A stretch of 61,052 nucleotides of DNA, the filler included, from Sphacelaria rigidula (taxonomy: Eukaryota), in assembly GCA_964200075.2 (NCBI GenBank). It is 6 parts of 6 records of this genome, joined end to end, with 100 filler letters (N's around TTAATTAATTAA, not from the genome) between each part and the next. Parts side by side here need not be neighbours in the genome. Positions count along the whole stretch, not along the records: positions 30,578 to 40,669 come from CAXNAA020007166.1; positions 40,770 to 50,861 come from CAXNAA020007167.1; 4 more parts are not named here. The stretch is one strand, 5' to 3'. The notes beneath the pieces are model-generated. The model ran no database searches, had not been told where the DNA came from, and worked only from the letters and a program-made list of their open reading frames with translations. Positions 35,701-48,584 of the stretch are shown here, piece by piece. Each line of letters opens with the position of its first letter. Position 1 is the stretch's first letter. Made by a program: the position numbers and the translations under genes.

Positions 35701-37383
35701 TTATGAAGGGGGGAATAAATATCTGCCGCGGAGTTCCCACTGCGTGTTTGACTTGTTCCGAAATTGATATAGTGACGATGCCACTGATTGCTGCTCGAGC
35801 GTGTTGCAGTGGCATCGGAGTTTTTGTTTTTGGATATTTTCTGTCGTGAAGATCCGGGTATGTCCCCGTTGCATATCTCCACCAACGACTACTTGTGTGT
35901 GCGACCACCAGCCGAAGAGGTGTGCATGATCGCAAATCTGAATGTTGAGCGGGTCATTATTCGTAAGCGTCACCTTTAACAGCTCCTCGGCGGCGTGCTG
36001 CTCGTGGCCCATAAGCCTGGCTCCGTCGTGCTTCATAAAGTCGCTAACCCTCACGGATATTCCCGGGTGGTGTCGGTGGGCCGTTTCCTCCATGATTAGT
36101 CTCAACTCGTCCATTTCTGACTCCATGGGACACGCGCGGGTGGGTGGGTGCAGGCGAACATGTGTGTACATACTCTCGAATGAATCAGATGTGAGATGTG
36201 GGTGGCCATCTGTCCTCTGTGACGCGTTTGCGATGCGCTCCACACTCCCTCACGAATACATTTGCCTACCTGTCGTGGGCGATGGAGTAGTATTGTCGAG
36301 GACTCCGGTGCAGCGCTGCGGGAGGTTGTAGTCGTTGCTGTAGACCATCATAAACAAGGCGCTCCGCGTCTGGCCTTGGAAACGCACGACGGCTTATTTC
36401 ATGAATCTCCCTGGCGGGCTGCCGAACCGATCGCGGTCTTGTGATATGTACGCCCGCAAAAACAAACATGTATCCTGTTCAGTGTGCGGATGACGGACCC
36501 GCATTGATGCTATTTTATGTGTTGCAATTATTCAAGTCGCGCTCACGCCATGCGGCCCCGTCGTGGGGTGAAGCCATCGACGGAGGCTACTTCACCATCG
36601 CATCCAACCTCGATATACGATATGAAAGAGGGCTGCATATACCGCGTGCTGACGACCTCGTGTGGTTGCCCATCCGAGGACTTCGTCTCACCCACATAGT
36701 GCAGTTCATGACGTCCGCCCATGACGCCGTGCTGCTCTCCAGTAGTGGCTTGATGGCCTGTTCGAACGTCTCCAGCGCTTGCGTGTGGAGGTGACTCTGA
36801 TCAGGAAGTGTTTCCGGCACAATTGGGGTGGGCGGTCGGGGACATGAGCACTTCGTGATCGTGAGTGTGCGGCACGTTGGGCGATCCGTGTCTGACGCTT
36901 TGCCCTTGACTGCGGCGGTGTGTACTCATCTATGAAAGTATATTATTTTACATGGCCTGTGTGAAATTCGCGACTAAGGATCAGAGAAACAACAAAATCG
37001 GCTCTTGTTTAGCTTGTAGTGCTCACCTCATCGCTTGCTGTCCCGTTGACATCCTTGAGGTGGGTTCGCGTCACGCGGATGAACTTATCCGAGAAACGTT
37101 GCGGTGTGCCAAAATGATTATGACTTGAGCACAGTGGGATCGCAGCCATCGACTCCGATGTTCTCCCTTGCTCGCTCCATCTCCGCGCGATGTTCAGCAG
37201 CCGCTTCGGAGAGCCGTGCACGTTCGTATTATAACCATGGGATTTACCACCTGGCCGTAGAGGAGTGTTGTTGATATTGTACGCCATGGTACGGGCGGGT
37301 AGAGTGATTAACCCAATCGGTGGCGCAGCGATGGCTCCGGTCGTGTCCGGTCGAGATTGAGCGGTGACGCCGGAATTGTCCAT
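35701..37383 (-). pseudogene. Possible decayed coding region of unknown origin
   Basis: Several co-oriented minus-strand ORFs (180, 67, 77 and 124 aa) with protein-like composition. No recognisable motif. Confidence 0.2.
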
Positions 37384-37626
37384 TCTGTTACTCTCCTGTA
37401 CGATGCTGTGTCCTGTCCTGGTGCTCCTTCCGCCGACGGCGCCCCAGCGAATTTCCCTTCTGCTACGTGTTACGGAGAGTCACGCTGTTGTACGGGGAGC
37501 ACTTCCGACCTACTGTTGTTGCCAATTCGTTCCAATTTCAGTTTTTTGTGCACACAAATCCTGATCTTTAACGGGGGTGCTGTCTTTATTTTTGCAATGA
37601 GCGGCTTTAGCTGCAGAGTGATGCTA

Positions 37627-37859
37627 CAGTAGGGGTGCACTTTTAGCGCGAAATCTTGTCTGTTTCAGGAGCTCCTGAAGATTCAAGATGCACAAGAACA
37701 TAGGTCAGGGCACCGCCGTTTGAAAATCCATTGGGACGTCCCTAGCACGTTGTACTAGTGATCCTAGCGTACTCTCACATATTTTGTAAGTCGTGTTTTG
37801 GAGGAGATGAAGGGTTCCTAACAAATGAAACCTCAGAAAACATTTGTACACCCCTACCG
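37627..37859. mobile_element. Tc1/mariner-type MITE
   Basis: TA|CAGTAGGGGTGCAC ... GTACACCCCTACCG|TA. Confidence 0.6.
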
Positions 37860-37904
37860 TAGCACCCCTCTGCATCTGGAATACCAATATATGTTCTCGC
37901 ATCT

Positions 37905-38230
37905 AACTGTTAGGCCGCGATGGTGGGTCACCTGCTGACTCGGCATCAAAATACGCTTGGAAAAAGAATGCGTCATCCAGATGGACTACCCGCACCGCGG
38001 TCTAGGGATTAAAAGCCCTTACACAGCGAGAATAGGTCATCTGTTGACTCGGCATCCATTTTGCTCGCAAAACGTGTGTGTGTGTGATCCAGATGGACTA
38101 CCCGCACCGCAGTCTAAGGGTTAGCCCTGTGACCGCGACGGTAGATCACCTACTGAGTCGGCGTCAATTTTACTTGAAAAAAATGTTGTGACAGAGATTG
38201 ACTATGCGCATCGCGGTCCAAGCATTAAAC
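37905..38230 (+). mobile_element. Three tandem copies of the piggyBac-like ~100-bp MITE seen at 54-1156
   Basis: CGGCATCA...TCCAGATGGACTACCC...GTCTAAGGG units separated by TTAA/TTAG. Confidence 0.65.
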
Positions 38231-38348
38231 GCCACGTTTATGCCCATTTGGTAGTCTGTATATACCCCCACGTCGCTACATGTCCGACGGGTAATGGGCG
38301 TCTACCGGATATAGGAGGGAGAGATGCTAGCAGGGTTGCACTTTTGCA

Positions 38349-39432
38349 CACCCTGGACAATACAATATGTTTCCAATATATCTTAGTCGATCATATTGGA
38401 ACACTTCGATATATTGTCCCGTAACACATATTGGATCCCGTCGGCTGCACACGTATTGCGCACCCAATATATATTGATGTCGTGGGACTGCAAACGAATT
38501 GCCCGCCCCATATATATATAATATATATATATATTGGTACCGTGGGGTTGCACACATATTATCCCATCAATATATATATATATATATGTATTGGTGTGAT
38601 GTGATAAGGGTGAAAGTACCTTGTGGAGGGTGTAATGGTGTTCACCGCGATTGTTCCAGGTTCAGACCTCTGTGTACGTTGTTTGTTTACTCAGCTCAGC
38701 AGCGCGGGCTGACCACAGTCGCTCTCATGTAATTCACACAAGGAGAAAACAAGCAAATAGAGACCAGGATAGCACCGTTTAATCACGCAATTGATTGCAT
38801 CCAACTTCACCTACAGACAGGGAGATACAATGCAAACCGAAACAAGTCGAAACCTCTATCAATAAATCACACCAGACAAAACAGCAGCCCGACTACTGCT
38901 CTTATCTCTGGGACTCACTTTCTCGGGGTTTGTAGATACTCCAATGGGAACTGTTGAGTCGCAGCCCAAACCGGAATGAAACAAGGGTGACGCTCGTTGG
39001 GGCTGCTTGCAACTTCAAACGTGTTTCGCCGCCCCCTAAACCAACATAAACTGAGATCATACCACAAAATCCAAAAGCCGTGCTCCTCAATCCATGCTAT
39101 GGTTGGGTCACTACCTTTTTTCGAATTCAAATACATGCTCTCCGTAGAACGTCAACCTCAAGGGGCAGCCAATTCTCCGCTATTTGAATATGAAAATGTC
39201 CATCATTCAATGGTACATTTGCCCAAGATCATGGCTACGTCCTGCAGTCACATCATATCACATTGGGGCGGTGTGGACGAAGACATATCGCACGACCAAT
39301 ATATCTTAGGGTCGCATTGGTGAGAATATATTGACCGTTCAATATATATGGGGTCCGCGTGGGTGCCAGTATTTTGGTCGATCAATACATATTGGGCCCG
39401 TAAGGGTGCGAATATGTTGCCCGGTCAGGGCG
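38349..39432. mobile_element. Non-autonomous DNA transposon with CACCCTGGACAA terminus and CAATATATATTG subterminal repeats
   Basis: Left end CACCCTGGACAATA, degenerate right end GTCAGGGCG. Subterminal repeats at ~38365-38595 and ~39295-39415. Confidence 0.45.
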
Positions 39433-40595
39433 TCAGTACAAGTACATACTGCACATCGGGGTAGTTTGTGTTAGACCACCCTTTATGGCAGTCACCAATC
39501 GCGAAATGTTTCACAACAGGGGAGAAACAAATCGGGGAACGTATTCTCATGGGCCCCGATTTGGACCAAATCGGGGTAGAACAAATCAGGGTGTAACGAT
39601 TTCCTCCCATTTTTCGCGAAAAATCGAGGGAAAGCTGAGGTCCCCCTGATTTCAACGAGGTAACGTACGGACACTGACGTACAATGGTAGGGTTTCGAGG
39701 CGTGTGATATTTTTGCAATAGCAGCAGAAGATAGTCTCGTGATAGCGCCGGGCGTGCCTGCTCGCGCCAGCTGCTGAAGCAGCTTCGGACGGGGTTTGAC
39801 CAGCGAACAAGTGTTGACGCTGTACCCGGCGGCGATGGTAATATCTTATGCTGCAATACCCTGCCATGTGTATCACCATAACGAACGGTACTGTACCATC
39901 ATAGTCTCTTGTCACTGTACTTGGAGGGTGACACATAGCACTGCACTTCTGAACTCTTCTCGCGCACTGTTTGTTCACTGTTTTTGCGATACCGACTGCG
40001 CCATCATGTATCGCAACACGGCCTTGTCATGTACAGTAATGATGGAGTGTCCTAGACGGTATTACCCTAGGATCCCACGGGACGACACTGTACTCGAAGG
40101 CTTATTCACCGCCTACCTACTCTTCGCTTCAAGAGGACGCGAGACAGACAGTACCACTCTCATGCAGAAAAAGACTATACAGAACCATTTCACCAATCTG
40201 TGATACCGTGAAACGGTGCCCCCGATTTTGATCGAGAATTTGAGGTTCGTTGCCATAAAAGATTGTTATAACATATCCCCTAACAAGTGTACATTGGGTG
40301 GGCGCGTTGATGTCAGGTATATGTTCCACCGAACCATATTGCTCGAGTGATATACTTTACCCCGCCCTGGAAGTCATGCCGTCCAACGAATCTCTCATTC
40401 ATTGTGATTCCACAAGTAAATCATTAAATAGTTTTATTAGCACGCAGGATATTTATAGCGGAGTCATTTCGAATCAGTCCGAGAAGAAAAACGCAGGCGA
40501 GAGTCTTGCGTCGTCCCTTCGGGATACCTCGGAGTAATGTTTTGAGGAAAAGTGATCCGATTCACAGGTCACCTGACCCTTCGACTGACACTTTC

Positions 40596-40669
40596 AACAG
40601 TGTTTTCGTGAGATTGAGAGTAGATGATACGATTGAGAGTGGCTTTGATCATTCGCTTTAAGTGAGCAA
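40596..40669 (+). repeat. Terminus of a young repeat; first 40 bp identical to 61013-61052
   Basis: AACAGTGTTTTCGTGAGATTGAGAGTAGATGATACGATTG occurs at the end of two contigs. Confidence 0.75.
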
Positions 40670-40869
40670 NNNNNNNNNNNNNNNNNNNNNNNNNNNNNNN
40701 NNNNNNNNNNNNNTTAATTAATTAANNNNNNNNNNNNNNNNNNNNNNNNNNNNNNNNNNNNNNNNNNNNGTAAAACGACGTAAAAGCTCCAAAAAGACAT
40801 TTTTCCGGGTTCTAATTTTTGTCTATTACAGGAAGCGGCCTAAAGGGGAAAAACCTTCAAGCATTAATG

Positions 40870-41945
40870 AGGTTTTACTTAAATGAGACACTAGCGGCGT
40901 TTGCCGAAGCGAGAGCGGCTGAGGTAGGACACAGGCATAAGCATGTGGTGGCGGATGATTTCGATTGTTTCGTAAGGCAACGCTCGGGAGGTGCCATCGG
41001 ATGGGAGAACGCCACACCAGAGCAAGTGGTTGATTTACCTGGCATACAAAGACTCGCAGGGCACGGGTACTAAGGTGGTGCATGTTACACAATACCCGTA
41101 ACGATAGGCACGGACGGATAAGAGCAATGCAAGGATCTAGGTCTGGGGTGCGGGAAGAGGTATGCGTATGCATCACTCAATAAGCAATAGATATCGAAAC
41201 TGCGCTGCGCGTACGCAGAGATGCTAGCTAATGGTGACGAGTGGTCAGTCACAGGGCGCAGAGGTAACCCAGTCGGGACTGTCCCCGTAGCGGAATATTT
41301 GGCGTTCTCCGCAGCGGAGCAGCAGAATGCGGGTGTGCCCACTACGCAAGCCGAGCCGCTGTTGCGCCCGGATCTAGTAGCAGTTTGTGGGGAGTGAGCA
41401 GCCCGGTGAGAGAATTGCGTTGGTCAAAGAGATGGCTTTGTTCACGGTAGCTTTTAGAACAGCAGGTCGGGGGAGGCATTTCACGCACATGACGGCGAAC
41501 ACTGTTCCGCTGTTGCCGGAAGATATTGGTATATTAGTCATGAATTTTTGCTTCACAGAAATCCTGAGGGAGGATTGATTCAAAGCGCGTGTGCATGATG
41601 TGGCGTCAGACACGTGTGCGGTAGCGGGCGCCGCGAATGTACGTCCAGGCAATGAGATCATGTGGCTGGCAGGGGAGGCAGGGTTTCCTACTCCCAGAGA
41701 TAAAAAGCAGTAGGCGATAGCGGGCAAGCTAAGGGTGATACCGCGATGACTCTGAGAGCGATGACGGTAAGGTCACAAAAGCATATGTAGAAGGCTGGGT
41801 TAGGATAGGAGATGACAATTTCGCGATGCATTCATTTAGGGAGGGGGCGGCGATGGCGCGAACGATATAGCGGGGCAGGATGTGCCGACGTTCATGGCGG
41901 ATAGGGTAGAAATCGAGCAAGATCGCCGGTAGATATATAGGGCAA
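40870..41945 (+). pseudogene. Degenerate tyrosine recombinase with ALOG-like N-terminal domain (DIRS1-type retroposon)
   Basis: ALOG-like part: YLAYKDSQGTGTKVVH...GCGKRYAYASL...ISKLRCAYAE...GNPV...VAEYL...EQ. Catalytic part: FTVAFRTAGRG (R), HSFREGAA at 41829 (HxxR), G*KSSKIAGRYIG at 41904 (W lost to a stop, Y kept). Confidence 0.75.
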
Positions 41946-44102
41946 ACAGCACGGCAGGAAGAGCAAGGAGCCAAGGGAAGGAAAAGCGCAGAAGCAAATT
42001 ACGCGGACACCAGTAGCTTGTTGGCAAGCCTGGATCCGGCGGAATTTGGATTTTTTAGCAACGTATGAAGGTCTCTTAAGAGGTCAGTAAAAGGGTGATC
42101 GGAAAGGCACGCTTATTAATGTTTATCATGTGTATAATAAACGGGCGGGGGGGGGGGGGGGGGAGGCAGAGAGAGCTAGTAACACCGAAAAGTATAGGTG
42201 AGTCGCCGAGCGCCAGCAATAAAGTGGGTGAGGGCGCCCGCGGCGCTGGAGACCTCATCCCATCCCAATACGAACAAGACGAAGAGCGCGGAAGAGAAAT
42301 ATACTGCAGAGCACAACCTTGGAATTTTCCCGTAAGTCAATGGCGGCTAAAGTTTCTACCGGCCATTTCAGAACACCCTGGTCTGCATGATTACCTGTTT
42401 GGTGAGTCACGTTGGACGGCTCAGTACGGTAAAAGCACCAAAGGTGCAATGGCAAGTGCATCTACGGTGAAGTGACAATGACGGTGTGTGGATCGAAGCC
42501 ATGGTTTGCGAGATCCGGGAGATGGATGTGGTGTGACAGCATCTCGAATCGTCATTATCTAACTTTTGTTGCGGATGGGAGTGCATAATATGACACAATT
42601 CGAAAGCAACTCCAAAAACGCTCGTTACTCGGCAGTGTAGGAAAGTATGAGTCCCCACAGGGGTGAGAACAGCACAATCCACCGCAGGGGGGTCTATTTA
42701 TGGCAGGTTTGGTTTGGGTGACGAAAGTGTCAAAATACGCCTCAAAAACGAACATGTCCGCAGGATGAAAAAAATTCGGCCTCAGCTCTTATCATGTACT
42801 GCCATGGAGTTAAGTTCCTTACTTCTCGAACCTGGCAATGCTCTACTGAGGGAGAGAGTGGGCATGACCAATTGTCCCCGAGCGATGGCATTTGCAGGTG
42901 TGTACTCACTTGTTGCTTGCCTTATAATAGTAAGTTGACGAATGAGCCCGCCGCCCCCTTCACAAAAGGAGTGGGGGGTGATGTGGTCACCAACACATTT
43001 TATTATTTTTACACAAAGGGGAAAATTCCAGAGGTTTACACGTTACACGTGCCACAACGTTACACGTTACATTACACGTTACGTTAACGCTACGTTTTGG
43101 CCAAAACGTAGCGTGAACGTTGTTTTTTTACATCGTGTGCGTAACGTGAACTTGAGGTCAAAATTTCAAATGAAACGTTAACGTTGCGTTATGTTTTTGT
43201 ACGTGCCGAACGAAACGTAACGTGAAGTTAGATTGCCCAAACGTTCAAAACACGTCATATGAAAGGTCATGGAACGTGTCACGCCCATTACATATTCCAC
43301 GTGCATTAGACGTTACACGTCACATGAATCATTTCCTATCACGTTACGTTACATGAAACGCCTTAAACACGTTACATGAAGCGGTGCAAACTTCAAGTTT
43401 GTAGTGAATGTTGAAATCCTAGGAGACAAAGTAACTACTATAGAACGGTACAAACACAGGCCGTGTATTTTGCCAACCTTACGAGGTTACAAGCGCAGCC
43501 TGTATTAGCCATCACAGTACAAGTGCAGGCAGTACTTGTAACGTTGTACTACTGTATTTCCGACTACAGGCTGTACTCTGCAAGCACAGTAGTGCAAGAT
43601 TACAAGTACAGACTGCACTCGCGGACACAGCTGTACTCGCGAACATAGTATTGAAGTGCAAGGTTTCAAGTACAGGCTGTGTTTGCAAACACAGTGCGAG
43701 GTGGTGGCTGTACTTTGCAAATACAACAGACAGTAGTATAATAGGACGAGGTACTCAACCGTTTGATTGCGACAACGGGAAGCAGGCTCGCATTTGCCAG
43801 CGGTGATGCCGGCAATGTCTTTAGTTCTACACCGTCTTGACTGTAAGCTTCAAGGCTACATGCAGATGCACGTATATCGCAATGCATGCAGATGCAGAGG
43901 ATATGCCTTCTGCCTGCACTACGGTACACGTGCAGGCTCTACTTCGTTTGCGAACAACCTCAACCGTCTCAGATTTAAAACAAGTGGGCTTCCAAATTTG
44001 AAAAAAAACGGCGGAAGATCGGTCAAAATAAGATGTGTGGTGAGGGTGCCCAAAAATAAAATCCCAGACCCTATGCCCATTTTTCGAATCCTGCTTTTTT
44101 TC

Positions 44103-44520
44103 GGGAGGGGGGGCGCGCTCATTTGTTGCTTGCCTTAGTCGTTTGACCATTGACCACGCGTCCCCTTCGAGACGGAGCACCGTTCATACTGCTGATAGAG
44201 ACACCTCCAACATTCCGGCGCTCATTACGTTTCTGCCATATATTGTACAAAAATATTTTACATGCCTTATCGCCATCCTGTTTCGCCGTCTCTGGCCACC
44301 ATCTATCTCCTAGTATAACCATCGTTTTCTAGCTACTGCCTAATGCATCAAACGATTCCATGCCACCTTCGTTCACGTCCCGCATTTCCTCCCTCTAGCA
44401 CGTCCCGTTCCTCGTGTAGTTCACATTCTGCAACTATACTCGTATGACTTCTGCTTTCTATTGCTTTGCCACGGAGGCAGTTCTGTGCATCGACTTCCTC
44501 CTCCACACAACTACTGGTAT
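44103..44520 (-). mobile_element. LINE ORF2 C-terminal remnant with C-rich tail
   Basis: Frameshifted peptide YTSS...DAQNCLRGKAIESRSH..IVAEC...ILGDRWWPETAKQDGDK...IWQKRNER...GAPSRRGRVVNGQTTKASNK*, then GCGCG(C)7. Degenerate CCHC knuckle. Bounded at 44520-44541 by a Stowaway-like TIR. Confidence 0.7.
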
Positions 44521-44689
44521 ACTTCCCCTGTCCCATAAGTCTGCGCAGCAGTCTTATGACATCAACGGCAATACCCCTTACACATGAACATGCAACGACC
44601 TGAGGCGATAGCTGGCCATAGCTTCTGTGGAATAATAAGGTGAAAACATACATCGAAATATGTGCACACATAGCGCTAGTGATCGACGC

Positions 44690-46002
44690 CATTCAGCTAC
44701 TTCTGTGGTCAGCAATAGATTTCAGTGGTCGGATTCAGATTACGTTGTGACCAGTGGTAGACTTTGGTGACAACGATCCAGATTCTACTGTGACCTTCAA
44801 TAGACATTGGTGGGCGCAAGTGATATCCCATTGTGACCAACAATGATATGCATTGGTTGCCGCATGGCAGATCCTATTGTTAGTAGCAACAGACATTGTT
44901 GGCCACAATCCAGAGCCTATTGCAACAAAAAAAACGTATCGATAGACAAATTGGCCCCTCCTTTATCACGGCAGTGATACATTCCATCCCTTCTCCCGAA
45001 TCTATCGTCGCCTACAATAGCTATCGATAGACATTAATGCCAGTCGATCATGACTGACAATGAACATTGACGGTCAAATTTTCGGGGCTATTGCAGCACC
45101 AATGTTCTATTACATAGTATATTGTCCAGGATATAAGCACATCTTACCTACACACAAAAGTACTGTAAGCGTTCATGTCCATCAGAGGAACATCCATATG
45201 TACATACCCTCGACAATAGAAGACACAGTCCAAAAGTGTACTGCGTACAGTATCGATTATTGCGCCTATTGCAATTGACAATACATTCCATACTGTACGC
45301 TGCACATTTTTTTACAATAGAATCTTTTGCCCAGGGTGTGCATAAGTACCAACACCACACCAACAACAAAACTTGTGAACTTTTGTTCACACATATTATT
45401 GCGCATCATACAAAATACAGGCGTTCCAAAGTTGTAGAAACGTGACGTCGTATACTCGTATTCACAAGTAATATCATTATATACCCACCGCGTGTCTACC
45501 TGCGGCTTCTCTACCGTACCTTCACGAAGTAAGTATAAGATGTTATATACGTAAAATGTTGCGATGTGTGTACACACACAGGCATTATATTCCACGTTAA
45601 ATTCTGGTATATATCTATCGATATTCATTGCCGCCGTGCATAGATTTATACGCAATCTATCAATAGCGATTGCCGTCATCAATAGATTTGGTATACAATC
45701 TGTCAATAGCCATCGTCATCACAAGAGATTTGGCACGCGGTCTATCGATAGTCATTGCCATTATCAAGAGATTTGAAAAGCTATCGATCGATGCATTTGG
45801 TCGGCGGCAATGGATTTCGGTGCAGGGCCACAGTAGGCTGCTGCCTAGACAAGAGGGTAGGAAACTGGTCCATCAATAGACATTGCCAACGGCAATAGAA
45901 AGAGAAAATTGCCAATCGATGGCCACTACGGACGACAATAGTGGCATCTACTGCAGTAGATTCTATTGCTATAGCAGTAGATGCCGTCTATTGTCCAGGG
46001 TG
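44690..46002. mobile_element. Fragments of the CACCCTGGACAA-terminus DNA transposon family, including the MITE at 45205-45338
   Basis: Right ends TATTGTCCAGG at ~45120 and TATTGTCCAGGGTG at 45989-46002. Many CAATAG/CTATTG repeats. Confidence 0.45.
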
Positions 46003-46855
46003 TGCAAAATTGAAAACAAGAAGATGATAAGAAAAGAGGAGATATGAAAATATTACGGTAAAAAAACGAATGAACGATACATTGTAGAGAAAGTACCGTT
46101 ACACAATCAGATAATGCGCCTACGCTCAAACATACGACGGGCCACCGTCAGCGCCACGTACACGGTAACGTCACGCATTTCACGACACGTTATGACGCCT
46201 CAAACACTGGTAATGAGCCGCGACATGCACAGAATGAAACGTTACATTCGAACGTTACATGTGCCAACGAAACGTTATGTGAGACGTTACACGTGCCATG
46301 AAACTTTTGATGTTACATCACATATGTAAGGAAACGTGCCGTTCATTTTGTTCACGTGATAAAAGTCACGTGAACGTTACGTGGAATTTCCAAATGGAAC
46401 GTTAGCGTAACGTTTTTTTTTTTAACGTGCCAAACGAAACGTAACGCAGACGTGAATTTTTACAAACGTGATGAACGTATCGTGAACGTGAACGTGTAAC
46501 GTATAGACCCCTGGGAAATTCCCACGAGTGTCCGTCGAGGAATCACCTTCTCACAATCGAGCCATCTCGGAGCCCTCCAGCGTACCAAGAACAAAGTTCC
46601 GTGAAACACATCAGCCGCCAAGTACTCACGAGCCACTAACACTCACTGACGGGTGTGATCCGACCACCCAAGCCCGCTAGGTAGCTGTGCTGCCAAAGAA
46701 TGCGTGAAGCGAACGAAGACTACCTTCTTCTCACTTCGTGGTGCTCACCGTTTAGCGACGAGGATGCAGACATCGCCTCCCACCCAGCAGCTCAACGTGT
46801 TCGGGTACTACAAATGTAATAATAAAAATAAATTTAATTAATTAATTAATTAATT

Positions 46856-46890
46856 GGATGGATGGATGGATGGATGGATGGATGGATGGT
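46856..46890 (+). repeat. (GGAT)n microsatellite preceded by (TAAT)n
   Basis: Direct observation. Confidence 0.85.
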
Positions 46891-48421
46891 TGGTTGGTCA
46901 TTTGATTTATTTTTTTGAGCAAGGGAAAGACAATATATTATGCAACAAAGCTGCAGAAATTTGAAGTGGAATGTGCACATTCGTCTTTTCGTCTTTGGGA
47001 CCTGAAATGAACGGCACAACAAACCTGTCGCGCGGTAGTCGCGGTAGTCAGCCAAGTACAACAGTACCTGGATACGTCACGTCAGGCGGCGAAGGGCATC
47101 CGTCATGGCATTCTGACGTCGATGTACTGCTCTACACTACTGTAGCGTATTGGACTGGCGGTTGTGTACTGTGCAGCGCAGTCTACGGAAGACCACCAAA
47201 CCATATTCGTACGCGGTCAGTATAGGTTTCCGTGAAGGTCGTTGGTGTTGGCATTTGCTAGTGTGGGGAAAAGCGACGCGATGATAAGGTGGCCTGGTCG
47301 CGTCATACCCGCCGAAATGATGAATATCCACGACATCAGTACCGAAAGTGCCCTCAATTGTCTGTACCGTAGCGGCTCAGGTCGCGGTCGCCAAAGCAAC
47401 ACGTGCGGTGAGGTTGCATACGAGACCGACTGCGCGAATACAAGGGCTGTGAAACGAACGTGGGCTGCGATGACGGATTGCCTCATCGTCATGTAAGCTT
47501 GCACAAGGTGGCCGTTGCCTACTGCCACCCGGGTCATATCTTAGCCGCCCGGGCCTATATTACCGCAAGAAGTGAAACACTAATAGCCAGATTGCCATGT
47601 ACGTCTATCGTCTGACCACAGCTGCGTCCCCCGGAGATCCGTTCATGTGTGACAATCAATCAATCAATCATGAACGGGCAGTGTGGCTGCGGACAATTTC
47701 TACCGAGAGACTTCGTACATGACATGTACTGTATAGTTGTACAACAGTACAGTATTATTCCCTGAACCCCCGTGTGACGTACTGCCATGTCACCGCCGCG
47801 CTGATGGGACTGCTCTGACGTGCACTGCGAGACTTGTTCAGCTTCACTGTACAGTTAGTAGTGTACTACTGCCCTGTACTGTGCTGCGCCGTATGTAGTC
47901 TGCCACCTGCGTGTATCTTTTTCCAAGCCCTTGCATACCAGTCTTGACAATATTTAGTAGTGCGACGGCGAAAGGGTCTGCCGCTCGGTGGATATCAAAT
48001 CAATATATCGTACAGCATAGTACGCGCAGTGTGCAGTCGGTACGGTTACGGTTTGCACTGTCTGTACCGGATCCATTCCGTATGTAACTTGGCCGTCTCC
48101 ACTCTTGATTATAGATGTGCAACATCACAATGTTTCCACCACGATTGTTAACGAACGTAACCGACACACGCGCTGCACGTCTTGCTCATAGCGATACTTT
48201 CTCTCTACAAGGTCAATACAGTACCTGCTACCGTATTTGTCAGAGAGAGAGCCAGCGCAGGACGGAGACAGCACAGTGCGGGAATTGCAGATGACAAGAC
48301 AGAGGCAGTGCAATAGCCGAATCCATCAGACAGGCACAGCTCATAATCCCATGCAACCGTCTAAGCGCCAGCAGCAAAAACTAGCCCGTCAATAACAAAG
48401 AACCACTGCAGATGTCACACA

Positions 48422-48584
48422 CCTTCATGAGAAAGACAAGGGTGCCAAGCGACAGCAGCTCTTCGATTGTCATGGCGCTGAGATCCCATTTGTACATCTC
48501 GTGGGAGATCTCGCCCATCGTATCCTTGACGGCAGCTGCACTGACGACTGGCGTTTCCCTATTGAAGCTGAAATTGAATCCCAT
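48422..48584 (-). CDS. Possible host exon
   Basis: MGFNFSFNRETPVVSAAAVKDTMGEISHEMYKWDLSAMTIEELLSLGTLVFLMK ends at AAG|GTGTGT, with GC3-rich codons. No homology recognised. Confidence 0.25.

Larger units (their letters stand above)
43029..46513. mobile_element. Non-autonomous hAT element (3485 bp) with nested insertions
   Basis: TIRs CAGAGGTTTACACGTTACACGT / ACGTGTAACGTATAGACCCCTG. 8-bp TSD GAAAATTC / GGAAATTC (7/8). Dense ACGT subterminal repeats at 43030-43380 and 46150-46500. Confidence 0.8.

Noticed and set aside
42240..42960. Highly decayed LINE 3' region
   Set aside because: Only scattered similarity (GTACTCACTTGTTGCTTGCCTTA; TGAGCCCGCCGCCCCC); boundaries cannot be supported.
46836..46855. 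Sixth linker-like TTAATTAATTAA
   Set aside because: No flanking Ns; it is a natural (TAAT)n tract next to (GGAT)n.
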